Source: Limisphaerales bacterium
Lineage (GTDB): Bacteria; Verrucomicrobiota; Verrucomicrobiia; Limisphaerales; SIBE01
Direction: 5' to 3'
NCBI GenBank assembly: GCA_044225505.1
Contig: JBGAIN010000068.1
Coordinates: 1-39,567 of the forward strand
Length of the DNA stretch: 39,567 nt
Below the pieces are notes generated by a model. The model ran no database searches, had not been told where the DNA came from, and saw only the letters and a program-made list of their open reading frames with translations. This document shows, in pieces, positions 38,978 to 39,567 of this stretch. Made by a program: the position numbers and the translations under genes. The number at the start of each line of letters is the position of its first letter. Position 1 is the first letter of the stretch.

Positions 38978-39037
38978 TGCCAGAAAACTGGCAGTAAGTT
39001 TTGACTTCCGGTGGTGGGTATGCCAAATTTCTGGCAT
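38978..39037 (+). promoter_or_regulatory. Two palindromic operators and a sigma70 promoter for the BlaI-family gene
   Basis: TGCCAG-AAAA-CTGGCA (38978-38993) and TGCCAA-ATTT-CTGGCA (39021-39036); TTGACT (39001-06), 17 nt, CAAATT (39024-29), then 6 nt to the ATG. Confidence 0.75.
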
Positions 39038-39437
39038 GTCCACCAGAGCCCGCCAGGATGAACTGTCGGAGTTAAGTCGCCGCGAGCGGCAGATCATGAC
39101 GGTCCTATACCGCCTGCAGAAAGCTTCGGCCGCGGAAGTCCGAGACGCGCTGCCGAATCCACCCACCTACACCGCAATCCGCACCCACTTGACCATGCTT
39201 GAGGAGAAGGGGCACTTGAAGCATGAGACCGATGGCGTTCGCTATCTTTATTCTCCGGTGGTGCCGCGAGAGAAGATGCGCCGCCGAGTTATTGATGATC
39301 TGATCAGGAACTTTTTTGACGATTCGGTGGAAGAGGCCGTGACGGCGTTCGTAAAGAGAGGACAAGCCCATTTATCGGACGACCAGCTCGACCGACTGGA
39401 GCGGCTGATTCAACAAGCGAGAAAGACCGGGCGATGA
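39036..39437 (+). CDS. BlaI/MecI/CopY family transcriptional repressor
   Basis: LSRRERQIM.VLY, YTAIRT.L..LEEKG.L.H...G.RY.Y.P and FFD.S motifs. Confidence 0.93.
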   Translation: MSTRARQDELSELSRRERQIMTVLYRLQKASAAEVRDALPNPPTYTAIRTHLTMLEEKGHLKHETDGVRYLYSPVVPREKMRRRVIDDLIRNFFDDSVEEAVTAFVKRGQAHLSDDQLDRLERLIQQARKTGR

Positions 39438-39567
39438 GTTTGGATCTACTCCCGTTCCTACGCGTGGCGATGAGTTGGTCTATTACGGGATCCGTTCTAC
39501 TGCTGCTGACGGAGTGGCTCAACCAACGCTTTCTGAGGGGGGCGGCGCTCAGGCACGTGGCATGCAC
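39434..39567 (+). CDS. Probable M56 (BlaR1/MecR1-like) peptidase, 5' part only
   Basis: Not in the ORF track. ATGA overlap with the BlaI stop; translates MSLDLLPFLRVAMSWSITGSVLLLLTEWLNQRFLRGAALRHVAC (TM segment then A..RH). Assignment rests mainly on gene context. Confidence 0.7.
   Translation, partial: MSLDLLPFLRVAMSWSITGSVLLLLTEWLNQRFLRGAALRHVAC

Overview
GC-rich bacterial chromosomal window, most likely PVC superphylum (Verrucomicrobia-like). This is inferred from three prepilin/H-X9-DG proteins, secreted proteins ending in an 'E.S..L..W...F[FY]R' domain, a ThuA-TIM barrel plus Tat-Gfo pair and an ADOP permease. In order, it contains: a decayed iron-type ABC transporter; a putative metal-responsive operon (CxxC/polyproline leader ORF, H-X9-DG pilin-like protein, three secreted His-rich proteins); an initiator tRNA-Met followed by two modified copies of its 3' half that bracket a small GIY-YIG nuclease; sugar-processing genes; a metallo-beta-lactamase nuclease/ATP-dependent DNA ligase fusion; tilS-ftsH; a HAD hydrolase; a fused membrane/spermidine synthase protein; an 11-bp periodic repeat and sigma54 promoter before an ADOP permease; several small stress genes; a PaaK-like ligase coupled to a VAO/PCMH flavoprotein; and a BlaI/M56 pair with visible operators. 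The best candidates for an undescribed system are the tRNA-fragment/hairpin/GIY-YIG element (6346-6979) and the leader-controlled Cu/Ni surface-protein operon (2028-6008). All family assignments come from motif recognition by eye; no searches were run.
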